Assembly: GCA_050290185.1 (NCBI GenBank)
Contig: JBNKHE010000001.1
Span: forward strand, 354,713-418,712
Source of the DNA: Pontiella sp.
GTDB taxonomy: Bacteria > Verrucomicrobiota > Kiritimatiellia > Kiritimatiellales > Pontiellaceae
DNA: 64,000 nt
Reading direction: 5' to 3'
Below the pieces are notes generated by a model that worked only from the letters and a program-made list of their open reading frames with translations, made no database searches and was not told the DNA's origin. Both the position numbers and the translations under genes were made by a program. The number at the start of each line of letters is the position of its first letter. Positions within the stretch are counted from its first letter, which is position 1. Positions 10,402-19,491 of this stretch are shown here, piece after piece.

Positions 10402-10635
10402 ATGATCTCATTCCTAAAACTATTTGGCGTAGTAATTGTGCTAGTTGGCATCCCATTGGCCATACTGGCCACCATCAATGCCCTCCGGAAAAAACAGCCC
10501 GGTTGTTCGGGCAGTCACGACTGCGTGGTCTACAAAGGCGAAAAAGTTATGTGCCCCTCCTGCGAACTGAAGGAGCTCAAGGAAGCAGCACAAAAGGCCG
10601 CGGCGGCAGGAAAGCTAGAAACGCGAAAAGCTTAA
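10402..10635 (+). CDS. Small membrane protein with Cys-rich cytoplasmic tail
   Basis: N-terminal TM followed by GCSGSHDC...MCPSC. Fills the gap before the convergent fur. Confidence 0.65.
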   Translation: MISFLKLFGVVIVLVGIPLAILATINALRKKQPGCSGSHDCVVYKGEKVMCPSCELKELKEAAQKAAAAGKLETRKA

Positions 10636-11117
10636 CCTTCTGCAGACTTCTGGCAGGTCTCGCACGTTCCGAACACAACGATGCGGTGCGTACGCTCTTC
10701 AAAAACATGCTCTTTGCAGGATTTTTTAATCAGTTCCATGATTGAATCATCTGAAAATTCGATGAACTGCCCGCACTTATCGCATATCATGTGCTCGTGA
10801 TGCGGATGATTAAATGTATGTTCGTAGTGCGCATGGACATCGGTATCGCGAATCACACGCACCAATCCGGCCTCTTCCATCAAAGCCAGCGTGCGGTAAA
10901 CGGTACCCCGGCTCACATGGTTCATACCGCTTGACAGTTCGGCGGCCAGATCATCCGCACAGAAATGGTCGTGCCGGGAAAATACCTGAGTCAAAACAAT
11001 CTTCCGGGCCTGTGTGATCCGAGCGTCCTTCCGCTTAAGAAACTCTACAAACAACGGCCAAGCCTCTTCCACCGACTCCCTGACTTCTTCCGGCAACTCC
11101 TGTTCCATATCGTTCAT
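10632..11117 (-). CDS. fur: Fur family transcriptional regulator
   Basis: RITQAR, HFCADDL, VSRGTVYRTL, HHEHMICDKCG, GTCETC. Confidence 0.92.
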   Translation of the reverse strand: MNDMEQELPEEVRESVEEAWPLFVEFLKRKDARITQARKIVLTQVFSRHDHFCADDLAAELSSGMNHVSRGTVYRTLALMEEAGLVRVIRDTDVHAHYEHTFNHPHHEHMICDKCGQFIEFSDDSIMELIKKSCKEHVFEERTHRIVVFGTCETCQKSAEG

Positions 11118-11153
11118 AAAATTCCCCGGTCCTTTTTAAAATTGAATCTATGT

Positions 11154-11167
11154 ATAAACATGTTTAT
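11154..11167. promoter_or_regulatory. Perfect 14-bp palindrome in the fur/ferredoxin divergent region
   Basis: ATAAACATGTTTAT. Confidence 0.35.
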
Positions 11168-11261
11168 CGCGCACAATTGTTGGTGTAATCAAGTTTTTTG
11201 CTGGTATATTGCCTCCATTTACGCAACAAAAAACCTAATTAACCAACCAAGGAGTAGAGAC

Positions 11262-11432
11262 ATGGCCTATGTAATTTCCAGCGAGTGCATTTCCTGTGGC
11301 GCCTGCGAATCCACCTGCCCGGTGGAAGCCATCAGCCAAGGTGATGACCAGTTTGTTATCGACGCCAATACCTGCACGGATTGTGGCGCCTGCGCTGATT
11401 CCTGCCCGGTCGATGCCATTTCTGCCGGCTAA
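11262..11432 (+). CDS. 2[4Fe-4S] ferredoxin (56 aa)
   Basis: MAYVISSECISCGACESTCP...CTDCGACADSCP. AAGGAG RBS before ATG 11262. Confidence 0.95.
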   Translation: MAYVISSECISCGACESTCPVEAISQGDDQFVIDANTCTDCGACADSCPVDAISAG

Positions 11433-11452
11433 CCTGCAGATCACGCGGCATG

Positions 11453-11486
11453 AAAAAAGCTCTGGAGCACTCTCCAGAGCTTTTTT
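11453..11486. terminator. Bidirectional Rho-independent terminator (ferredoxin / purH)
   Basis: AAAAAAGCTCTGGAG-CACT-CTCCAGAGCTTTTTT. Confidence 0.9.
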
Positions 11487-11568
11487 GTGCCTTGAACTCC
11501 CCAAAATCCGGGGAGCTTGAACAAGGACGGACCTTCACAGCACGGCGGCGGCGATCAGCCACCCGGCC

Positions 11569-13191
11569 TTAATGTTTGAAGTGACGCATTCCCGTAAGCG
11601 CCATCGCGATACCATACTTGTTGCAGGCGGAAATGACTTCGTCGTCACGGATGGATCCACCAGGCTGGACGATAAACTTCGCGCCCATTTCACTGGCGGC
11701 ATCAATGCTGTCGGCGAAGGGGAAAAAGGCTTCGGAGACAAATACACAATCTCCGACCACCTGCTGGATTTGCTCATCCGTGATTTCCGGGTTCTCGGTT
11801 TTTAGGTTTTCAACGGCCTTGGAGACGGAGAGCTTTTTGAGCGCGTCAACGCGGTTCGGCTGTCCGGCCCCCATCCCGAGCACGCGGAACTGACCCGGCT
11901 TGTATTCCTGCACCAGCACAATGGCGTTGGACTTGGTATGCTTGGCGGCGGCAATACCGAACAGAGCGAGTTCCTTCTTGGATTCATCGAAGGAAACCTT
12001 GGTGGGCACGTCCCATTTTTCGAGAAGCTGGGTATCGACATCCTGTACCAGCAGGCCGCCGTTGATCTGCTTGACCATGCGCTGAGGCAAGGCCTTGCCC
12101 ATCGGCTTCTTGAGCTTGAGGATGCGCAGGTTCTTTTTCTTCATCAAATGATCAAGGGCATCCTCGTCGTAGCCGGGGGCGATTATGGCTTCGATAAAGC
12201 GCCCGTTGAGACAAGCCGCGGTGGCCATGTCAACTTTTTGCGTGACCGCGATCACAGAGCCGAAAGCAGAAACGGGATCACCTGCCCAGGCCGCTTCGAA
12301 GGCTTCTGCCAGGGTTTCGCCGGTAGCGTAGCCACAGGGGTTGGTATGCTTGATGACCGACACACCGGGCTTGCCGGCGAGATCCTTCACGGCTTCGAGG
12401 GCGCCATCGCCGTCGACATAGTTGTTGTAGCTCATTTCCTTTCCGTGGAGAACTTCGGTAAGCGCGATAGTGGCTTCGCGGGAGTCGATATCCTTGTAAA
12501 GCCAGGCCTTCTGGTGCGAGTTTTCGCCGTAGCGGAGCTCGACGCCATCGGGATAGGCCTTAACAAAGGGCTTGGCCAGCTGTTTCTCGGCAACCTGTTC
12601 CGCAAGGTAGGTGGCGATCACGGCGTTGTATTCCGCGACACGGGCGAATACTTTCTGCCCCAGAATGAAGCGGAAGTCCTCGGTGGTCGCCCCGTCGTGT
12701 TCCTTCATTTCTCTGATGACCTGAGCATAGTCGGCAGGATCGGTCACAACAGTCACATCGCGCATGTTCTTCGCGGCGGAACGGATCATGGTCGGCCCGC
12801 CAATATCGATCTGTTCAATGGCTTCGGGCAGGGTCACACCATCCTTGGCGATGGTTTCCTCGAAAGGATAGAGGTTGACGCAGACGAGATCGATCTGACC
12901 GAGTTCGTACTCCTCCATGGTTTTCACATGCTCCTCGCTGTCACGCATGTAGAGAATGCCGGCGTGTACCTGCGGAGTAAGGGTCTTTACGCGGCCGTCG
13001 AGCATTTCCGGAAAGCCGGTGAATTCAGAAACATCCTTGACCGGTATGCCGACTTCACGGATAGCCCGGGCGGTACCTCCCGTAGACAGCAGCTCCACTT
13101 CCATTTCATGGAGATTGCGGGCAAAATCAATAATCCCGGCCTTATCGGATACGCTCAACAAAGCGCGCTTAATCTTTACGTTCATCGTCAT
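11569..13191 (-). CDS. purH: AICAR transformylase / IMP cyclohydrolase
   Basis: RALLSVSDK, LSTGGT, GRVKTL, IDIGGPTMIRSAAKN, LRYGENSHQ, KHTNPCG, AFFPF, QPGGSIRD, GMRHFKH. Confidence 0.97.
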   Translation of the reverse strand: MTMNVKIKRALLSVSDKAGIIDFARNLHEMEVELLSTGGTARAIREVGIPVKDVSEFTGFPEMLDGRVKTLTPQVHAGILYMRDSEEHVKTMEEYELGQIDLVCVNLYPFEETIAKDGVTLPEAIEQIDIGGPTMIRSAAKNMRDVTVVTDPADYAQVIREMKEHDGATTEDFRFILGQKVFARVAEYNAVIATYLAEQVAEKQLAKPFVKAYPDGVELRYGENSHQKAWLYKDIDSREATIALTEVLHGKEMSYNNYVDGDGALEAVKDLAGKPGVSVIKHTNPCGYATGETLAEAFEAAWAGDPVSAFGSVIAVTQKVDMATAACLNGRFIEAIIAPGYDEDALDHLMKKKNLRILKLKKPMGKALPQRMVKQINGGLLVQDVDTQLLEKWDVPTKVSFDESKKELALFGIAAAKHTKSNAIVLVQEYKPGQFRVLGMGAGQPNRVDALKKLSVSKAVENLKTENPEITDEQIQQVVGDCVFVSEAFFPFADSIDAASEMGAKFIVQPGGSIRDDEVISACNKYGIAMALTGMRHFKH

Positions 13192-13283
13192 TTTCCCTTC
13201 GGTTGAAATAGAATTCTCGTTTTACCGATACCCCGTGCCGATTGCACGGATTATTTACAGTATCCGGCGTTTTTCGGGCACAC

Positions 13284-13931
13284 CTATAAGGCGATACCGA
13301 AAAGGATGCTGAAAAAGTGGAAGACGCTTCCGGCCAGCACAAACAGATGCCAGATGGCATGCGACCAGGGAAGAGCTCGCCATGCGTAGAAGATTGCGCC
13401 CACGGTATAGCACAGACCGCCTACCACCAGAAAGATAAAGCCCTCGGGAGTAAGCTCGCGGTACAGCGGCTTGACGGCAATGACGCAGAACCACCCCATG
13501 AAAAGGTAACTGATCAGCGAGACGGCCTTGAAGCGCCCGGTAAAGAACACCTTGAACGCAATCCCCAGCAAAGCACTCCCCCAAATCGCACCGAAGATGG
13601 TCCAGCCCAGACCGCCGCGCAACGGAGCTAGCGCAAAGGGGGTGTAGGTGCCGGCAATAAGAAGATAGATGGCGGAGTGGTCGACAATCTTGAGCATGCG
13701 CCTAGCATGCGGATTTTTTGCTGCGTGGTAGAGTGTAGAGCCAAGATAGAGCAGGATAAAGGTCGTCCCGTATATGGCGCAACTCACGACCTCCCACGCA
13801 CTTTTCCGCAACGATGAAAAAACAACCAGCAACGACAAGACGGCTACGCCGATCAATACCCCGACGCCATGGCTAATGGCATGAGCCAGTTCCTCATTCG
13901 ACGAATAGGTCCTTGGTGCCCTGCGTTTCAT
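13284..13931 (-). CDS. Hemolysin III / PAQR family membrane protein (TrhA-like)
   Basis: EELAHAISHG, STLYH, DHSAIYLLIAGTYTP, HAIWHLFVLAGS. Confidence 0.92.
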   Translation of the reverse strand: MKRRAPRTYSSNEELAHAISHGVGVLIGVAVLSLLVVFSSLRKSAWEVVSCAIYGTTFILLYLGSTLYHAAKNPHARRMLKIVDHSAIYLLIAGTYTPFALAPLRGGLGWTIFGAIWGSALLGIAFKVFFTGRFKAVSLISYLFMGWFCVIAVKPLYRELTPEGFIFLVVGGLCYTVGAIFYAWRALPWSHAIWHLFVLAGSVFHFFSILFGIAL

Positions 13932-14024
13932 GCCGGAAACCTATCCTTTTTTACACCCACTGGAAACTGAATAGACCGCTTTCTAAATCTTGGAAATTCC
14001 TAAACGCGGTGGTATGGATATAAC

Positions 14025-15086
14025 ATGTTCAAGATGATCCTCATCATGCTGTCCTTCGTGTTCGGATTGCTATCCATCCGGCATGTGCGAACATTTGACG
14101 TCCACGAACAGGAACCGTTTGGGAAGATGCTGACCGTCACCGTTTGGGGTGGAGTTGTTTCCGTCGGGCTCTCGCTGTTTCTGTATTCATTGCTGAGGAT
14201 AAAGGGTATTTCGATTGAGAGCGGGTTCCCCTTCTCCTACCTCTATGTGGGCTTCATCGAGGAGCTGGCGAAACTTTCAGCCCTGCTCCTCTGCTGGCCG
14301 ATTATCCGAAAGGAGATGGACGAGCCTACCGACGGCCCCATCTACATCGCCTGTGTCGCCCTCGGATTTTCCCTGATCGAAAACTATTTCTATGCCGCCG
14401 CCCAACCGGGCATCAGCCTGATCATCGCAGTCCGGCTCATCATATGCACTCCGATGCATATCGCCTTCAGCCTCTTTATGGGATTGGCCTTCTTTTGGGC
14501 GATACGTTTCAAAGGCGGCTGGGGCGTGCTCCTTGGCGCCTACGCAATAGCGAGCATCTACCATACCCTTTACGACATCTTCACCAGTTTCTGGTATTTG
14601 CTCCCCGGCCTCTACTTCATCCTAAAGAGCGCCTATGCGGGCATGTACCAGTTGCTGGGCTACACCGCCGCACACTCCCCGTTCCGCCAATCGCTTGCCG
14701 AATTTATCCACACGTGCCCTGCTCCCAAAATCGAACCCGGCTTCAAGTGCATCGAGTGCACCAACGCCGCGCCAAAACCAACCTATCGAAAAGGGCGCAT
14801 TAAAATCCAACGCTGCGAAGATTGCGGCACATACCTGTGCTCCAGCCATAGTCTTCAGCAACTCGTGCACCAATATGGATCGATATTCGGCAGCCTCAGT
14901 CGCTATACCAAGCGGCTTCCCGGACGAAGGAAAAGCCGTGTTGTGATCGCCGGAAACCGCATTGATTTACGGCAGCACATGGCCTGTTTCCAGCTCGACG
15001 AATTTAACCAGGTTCTCGAAAGAACAAATAGAGACCTCGCCAAAAATCTCGAATGCAAATGGTGGTTCCCGTTCAACGCGGCATGA
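14025..15086 (+). CDS. PrsW family intramembrane protease with C-terminal Cys4 zinc ribbon
   Basis: EQEP, GFIEELAK, ALGFSLIENYFY, PMH, YHTLYD. Tail has CIEC...CEDC. Confidence 0.82.
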   Translation: MFKMILIMLSFVFGLLSIRHVRTFDVHEQEPFGKMLTVTVWGGVVSVGLSLFLYSLLRIKGISIESGFPFSYLYVGFIEELAKLSALLLCWPIIRKEMDEPTDGPIYIACVALGFSLIENYFYAAAQPGISLIIAVRLIICTPMHIAFSLFMGLAFFWAIRFKGGWGVLLGAYAIASIYHTLYDIFTSFWYLLPGLYFILKSAYAGMYQLLGYTAAHSPFRQSLAEFIHTCPAPKIEPGFKCIECTNAAPKPTYRKGRIKIQRCEDCGTYLCSSHSLQQLVHQYGSIFGSLSRYTKRLPGRRKSRVVIAGNRIDLRQHMACFQLDEFNQVLERTNRDLAKNLECKWWFPFNAA

Positions 15087-15383
15087 GCGATCGCTGATGC
15101 AACCGCCGAGTTACTGAACTCTAACTCCCCAAGTCACGGTTGTTCCATACTGCTCAACGAAGTAAAAAAGCCGGAGCTCAACGCAAAGAAAATGAAACCA
15201 GAACTCCATCAGCTGCAGCTTGAGCCCAGTAACCTGTACCGCGCGACGGGACAGCAGGCCACGACTGATTGCGATGAAATCCCATGGCGCATCGACGAGA
15301 CGATTGACGGTGAGATGAAGTCATCGATCCTGCACATTGCCGGATAAACCAGCAAACAGGCGCAAGCGGCTGCCTTTCAAACA

Positions 15384-15932
15384 TCAATCTCGCACATAGT
15401 GGCAGCCGTGGCCGCCGTGCTTCTTGAAGTAGTCCTGATGGTAGTCCTCGGCTGGATAGAATTTGGTGGCAGCAACGATCTCGGTTACGATGGGTTTCTT
15501 CCATTTTTTCTGCGCTTCGACCTCCATCTTCTCGGCGGCGGTTTTCTGCTCGGGCGTAAGATAGAAAATGGCGGAGCGGTACTGGTCACCCACATCAGGA
15601 CCCTGCTGGTTCATGGTGGTCGGATCGTGCAGTCGCCAGAAATAGAGGCACAGGTCATCATAGGAAACCCTGGACGGATCATAGACGACTTCAACCGCTT
15701 CGGCATGTCCGGTACCATGGCCGCACACGTCGCGGTAGGTCGGATTCTCTGTATGCCCGCCCGTATAGCCGACGGTGGTATCCACGACGCCGTCGAGTTC
15801 CTGGAACAAGGCTTCGACCCCCCAGAAACATCCGCCGGCAAATATTGCCTTCTCCATTTTTGCTCCCTCCTTCTTTTCAGTGCCGAACGCCGCAACCGAA
15901 ACCATCATAGCAAACAACAGTATTTTTTTCAT
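15384..15932 (-). CDS. msrA: Peptide methionine sulfoxide reductase A with signal peptide
   Basis: FAGGCFWGVE, GHAEAV, HDPT, QGPDVGDQYRSAIF, AEDYHQDY. Start MKKILLFAMMVSVAAFG after AAGGAG. Confidence 0.95.
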   Translation of the reverse strand: MKKILLFAMMVSVAAFGTEKKEGAKMEKAIFAGGCFWGVEALFQELDGVVDTTVGYTGGHTENPTYRDVCGHGTGHAEAVEVVYDPSRVSYDDLCLYFWRLHDPTTMNQQGPDVGDQYRSAIFYLTPEQKTAAEKMEVEAQKKWKKPIVTEIVAATKFYPAEDYHQDYFKKHGGHGCHYVRD

Positions 15933-15976
15933 AATCAGCTCCTTGGCTTGTTTAGATATAATCCTAACAAACCCGT

Positions 15977-17014
15977 TCAATCTTCGTTCGCTAATTGAAC
16001 AACGGCCTCGTAGACCCCGAGCACCACCTTCGACATCCGTTTGTAATCGAGGGTTTCAGGCGTGTCGGTGGAAAGATGATATCGCCGGTTCCGGTAGAAC
16101 GCGGTGTCGGTGATCATGACGGCGGTATAGTCGTTGGCCCAGTAGTTCCGGTGATCGGAAAGATCAATGCCCGAAAAATTCCTGGGAGCGCACATGGCGT
16201 TTACCGGCAGATCGGTTGCTCCAAGCATCGAGGCCTTCATCTGTCGAATCAGCTTACGATCATGGAATCCGCCAACCACACCAATATAGTTTGCCTGATC
16301 AGAGTAGAACAACCTCAGGATAGGCGCTGGAAACGGGAAATGCTGGCTGCCCGGCTCATCGCTGAAGCAGCCGATCATTTCCAGACCGATCATGCCTGCC
16401 ACGTCAATCTCCTCCTGCTTAAGACTGAGCGCATGACGGGCGCTGCCCATATCGGATGTACCGAAGAATGGCGGTTCCTCGAGCGTGTAGGCAACCAGAT
16501 CGATCCGGTGATGAAGTTCCGTAGTGCCCAGCAGACGGGCAAGCTCGATCAAACCAGCCACTCCGCTTGCATTATCATCGGCTCCGGCGGTTTCATTGCA
16601 CGAATCGTAATGGGCGCCAACAATAATCCGTGGCCCATCCTCCGGCCCGAAACTCGCGATGACGTTGCGGTAGGTATTACGTCTTACCTGCTCGGCGCTG
16701 GAGCTTTCCCCTTCCGTGTGGAATTTTTGTTCCGTCACTCGGCCGCCGGCCTCCTTGAACTGTCTCCCAATGTAAACGGCGGAGGCATCCAGATTCCACA
16801 TCTCCAGGTAGTTGCGCGGCGCGTTTTCATCGGCGAGCAACTGCACGTGGGCCCGCAACCGGTCGGAGGAAACCGTCTTCGTGGTTGCAGGAGCGTTCTT
16901 TCCGGTCGGTTGAACCAGTATGACAGCGAACACGGCGAACGCAGCTATCCACATCAAGGAAAGCAGGATCATCCATTTGAAGAAGACTGCAATCGAGCGA
17001 AAGGGATGGGCCAT
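15977..17014 (-). CDS. M28 family peptidase, membrane anchored
   Basis: IIVGAHYDS, GADDNASG, YTLEEPPFF, LEMIG, SDH, YH...DT. Confidence 0.9.
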   Translation of the reverse strand: MAHPFRSIAVFFKWMILLSLMWIAAFAVFAVILVQPTGKNAPATTKTVSSDRLRAHVQLLADENAPRNYLEMWNLDASAVYIGRQFKEAGGRVTEQKFHTEGESSSAEQVRRNTYRNVIASFGPEDGPRIIVGAHYDSCNETAGADDNASGVAGLIELARLLGTTELHHRIDLVAYTLEEPPFFGTSDMGSARHALSLKQEEIDVAGMIGLEMIGCFSDEPGSQHFPFPAPILRLFYSDQANYIGVVGGFHDRKLIRQMKASMLGATDLPVNAMCAPRNFSGIDLSDHRNYWANDYTAVMITDTAFYRNRRYHLSTDTPETLDYKRMSKVVLGVYEAVVQLANED

Positions 17015-17496
17015 TATTTCGCCCGAGGCTTGTTAATGAAGCCCAGCGCAGCAAGAAACAGGAAGATCCCCACTAAAATGCCGGTAATCTTCCAAATGTC
17101 CTTTTGCTTTTGCAGCAGATAATACGCGGAATAGCTCATGGTTGACCGCCCTTCAATCCGCATGTCGTAGAGCTCTCTCTTCCAAAACTTCGGAAACCGC
17201 CGAACGTAGCGCATCTGTACCGGAGTATATTCAGGCATGGCGTTCAGCGTGGCCTCGAAATGGGGCTGATATTCCATGTAGTATAGCTGTTCGCGATTTT
17301 CTACCACCGCGTAGACCAGCAGCTGGTCCGAAACAAAATCCAGTTTGCCTCGGCTCCATTTCTTAATGCGATAGTGCGAGTATTGCCCGACATCCTGCCT
17401 CAACTGAGCATTACTCGGCAAAACTGCATTATCAACCAGAATGACCCATGCAAAGAAACACAGGAAAAACATGCCAATTATATATTGCCGGCTCAT
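17014..17496 (-). CDS. Hypothetical membrane protein (two TM segments)
   Basis: Hydrophobic N- and C-termini; 1-nt overlap with the M28 gene. Confidence 0.7.
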   Translation of the reverse strand: MSRQYIIGMFFLCFFAWVILVDNAVLPSNAQLRQDVGQYSHYRIKKWSRGKLDFVSDQLLVYAVVENREQLYYMEYQPHFEATLNAMPEYTPVQMRYVRRFPKFWKRELYDMRIEGRSTMSYSAYYLLQKQKDIWKITGILVGIFLFLAALGFINKPRAK

Positions 17497-17513
17497 TGAA
17501 GCCTCCTTTTTCC

Positions 17514-18893
17514 TCAGTTTTTCAAACTATGGATCGGCGCAGGAATTCGTCCTCCAAATTGCACAAAACGTGCCGATTTCCCTGTATTGGCGACTTTCAT
17601 AATCACACTTTCCCCAAACAGGCCACCAAACGAAACAAAATCGCCGGCTGTTTTTCCGGGAACAGGGATCAACCGAGCCGCGGTTGTCTTGGAGTTTATC
17701 ACGCCGATCATCAGTTCGTCAGCCATGATTGCAGCAAGGGTTTCGGCATCCGTGTCGCCAGGCACGGGAACCATATCCAACCCGACCGAGCAGACGCTGG
17801 TCAAGGCTTCGAGCTTTTCCAATACAAGACAACCGCTTTCCACGGCGGCGGCCAGCTCGGAATCCTCCATCACGGGAATGAAGGCACCGCTCAATCCCCC
17901 GACACTTTGCGACGCGAAGGAGCCGCCCTTCTTGACCGCATCGTTGAGCATCGCAACAATGGCCGTTGATCCTGGTGCCCCGATTTCATCCACGCCAAGG
18001 ATTTTCAGAATTTCACCCACGCTGTCGCCGACCGAAGGCGTAGGAGCCAGTGAAAGATCGACCACGCCAAACGGCAGATCCAAGGCCTTGGCCACCTGGC
18101 GCCCGATCAACTCGCCGCATCGCGTTACCCGGAACGTGGCCTGTTTGATTTCCTCCGCCAAATCATCAAGCCCCAGGTTTTCCGCCCCGGCATCGTTGAT
18201 TTTCCGTTCAAGAGCACGGGCGATCACGCCCGGACCACTGACTCCGACATTGATCACGGCATCTGCCTCACCCAGACCATGAATGGCTCCTGCCATAAAG
18301 GGATTATCACCGGGCTGGTTGGCAAACACGACAAACTTGGCGGCTCCAAAACCATTGCTGCTCGCGCTGGCTTCCGCCAGATCCCTGACCGTCTGGCCCA
18401 GCAGGGCTACGGCATCCATGTTAAGTCCATGCCGGGTCGACCCGGCGTTGATGGAAGAACAGACCTTGCCAGTGGAGGACAAGGCTTCCGGAATGGTAGC
18501 GATCAGGCTGGCATCCCCCTGCCCGACGCCCTTTTCAACATTGGCCGAAAACCCGCCAATGATATCGACCCCCACTTCGGTTGCCGCTTGGTCCAGCGCC
18601 TTGGCCAGCAGCACAAAACCATCTGGAGTAAATCCCGCACCCACATGCGCCATGGGAGTAACCGATATGCGCTTATTAACCACCGCCACCCCATATTTTG
18701 TTCCGATCCGGTTGCAGGTGTCCACAAACGTACCTGCCACCCGCTTGATCTTGTCCACAATCTGTTGCGACGTGGAGGCCGCATCACCCGTGCGGCAATC
18801 CAGCAGGCTAATGCCCATCGTCACGGCTCGCACATCCAGGTTTTCCTTCTGGATCATTTCCACGGTTTTAAGAATCTGGTCGGATCGAATCAT
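17514..18893 (-). CDS. UPF0210 / DUF711 (PFL-like) protein
   Basis: ENLDVRAVTMGISLLDC, VNKRISVTP, DNPFMAGA, NVGVSGPGV, DLSLAPT, GGLSGAFIPV, CSVGLDM, IPAPIHSLKN. Confidence 0.92.
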   Translation of the reverse strand: MIRSDQILKTVEMIQKENLDVRAVTMGISLLDCRTGDAASTSQQIVDKIKRVAGTFVDTCNRIGTKYGVAVVNKRISVTPMAHVGAGFTPDGFVLLAKALDQAATEVGVDIIGGFSANVEKGVGQGDASLIATIPEALSSTGKVCSSINAGSTRHGLNMDAVALLGQTVRDLAEASASSNGFGAAKFVVFANQPGDNPFMAGAIHGLGEADAVINVGVSGPGVIARALERKINDAGAENLGLDDLAEEIKQATFRVTRCGELIGRQVAKALDLPFGVVDLSLAPTPSVGDSVGEILKILGVDEIGAPGSTAIVAMLNDAVKKGGSFASQSVGGLSGAFIPVMEDSELAAAVESGCLVLEKLEALTSVCSVGLDMVPVPGDTDAETLAAIMADELMIGVINSKTTAARLIPVPGKTAGDFVSFGGLFGESVIMKVANTGKSARFVQFGGRIPAPIHSLKN

Positions 18894-18895
18894 GG

Positions 18896-19435
18896 TTAAA
18901 TCTCGTTGGTTGCCCGGAAAATATCGTTGTGCTGCAACACCATGTTCAGTCCGCTTTTCCGTCCAAACTCGGCGAGTTCCTTTTCGAAGCGTTCGACGTT
19001 CTCGAAATTCCCAAGATCGATCTGCAGCATCATGGTATATTGACCGGCTTCGGCATGCGAAGCCAGGTCGAGAATGTTTACCCCGTGCTCACAGCAAAAA
19101 CGGGATACCTGTGCCACGAGACCCACCCGGTTTTGACCGATCGCGGAAAATATATAGACATGTTCCGATGGTTCGGCTTCAGGGACAAGTCCCCGGCCCT
19201 CAACGACAAGTACATGGGCAGTGTCGTTTTTCGACAGGGTTTGCTCGATCTTTTCGGCGGTCATGCCTTTCGGGAAATCGGCAACGAGGATCATCGTGAA
19301 ATATCCGCACAGGACTGTCTGGCTTAGTTCGGCGAGATTGCCGCCCAGCGTGCTGATCCCTTCCGTTATTTCCGCCACGATTCCGGGCCGATCGCGGTCC
19401 ATTACCGAAATTACCATGCTCATTTCGCTGTCCAT
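18896..19435 (-). CDS. Double ACT-domain protein (GcvR/UPF0237-like)
   Basis: Two ACT motifs DRPGIVA and NRVGLVA; C-terminus QHNDIFRATNEI. Confidence 0.82.
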   Translation of the reverse strand: MDSEMSMVISVMDRDRPGIVAEITEGISTLGGNLAELSQTVLCGYFTMILVADFPKGMTAEKIEQTLSKNDTAHVLVVEGRGLVPEAEPSEHVYIFSAIGQNRVGLVAQVSRFCCEHGVNILDLASHAEAGQYTMMLQIDLGNFENVERFEKELAEFGRKSGLNMVLQHNDIFRATNEI

Positions 19436-19491
19436 CTTGTCCCCGTTGAATTTATGCGCAGAAGTATCTCTGCAAAGTTCGTTTAATGAAA

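Noticed and set aside
10965..11261. N-terminal extension of the ferredoxin in the ORF track
   Set aside because: It overlaps fur on the other strand. The RBS and family length support ATG 11262.
11938..13206. Long antisense ORFs (also 15995-17122, 18283-19299, 59218-60399)
   Set aside because: They shadow well-supported genes on the opposite strand (purH, M28, DUF711/ACT, pnp) and show no recognisable motifs.
13192..13283. ZTP (pfl) riboswitch upstream of purH
   Set aside because: Only a short CCGTGC-N5-GCACGG hairpin is present. I could not find the conserved GACUGGCG and CGCCUGGGC elements on the minus strand.
13284..13931. Hemolysin virulence factor
   Set aside because: PAQR/TrhA proteins are widespread membrane homeostasis proteins; the family name alone does not support a toxin call.
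15084..15086. Selenocysteine read-through of the prsW TGA
   Set aside because: No redox motif context and no recognisable SECIS hairpin after the codon.
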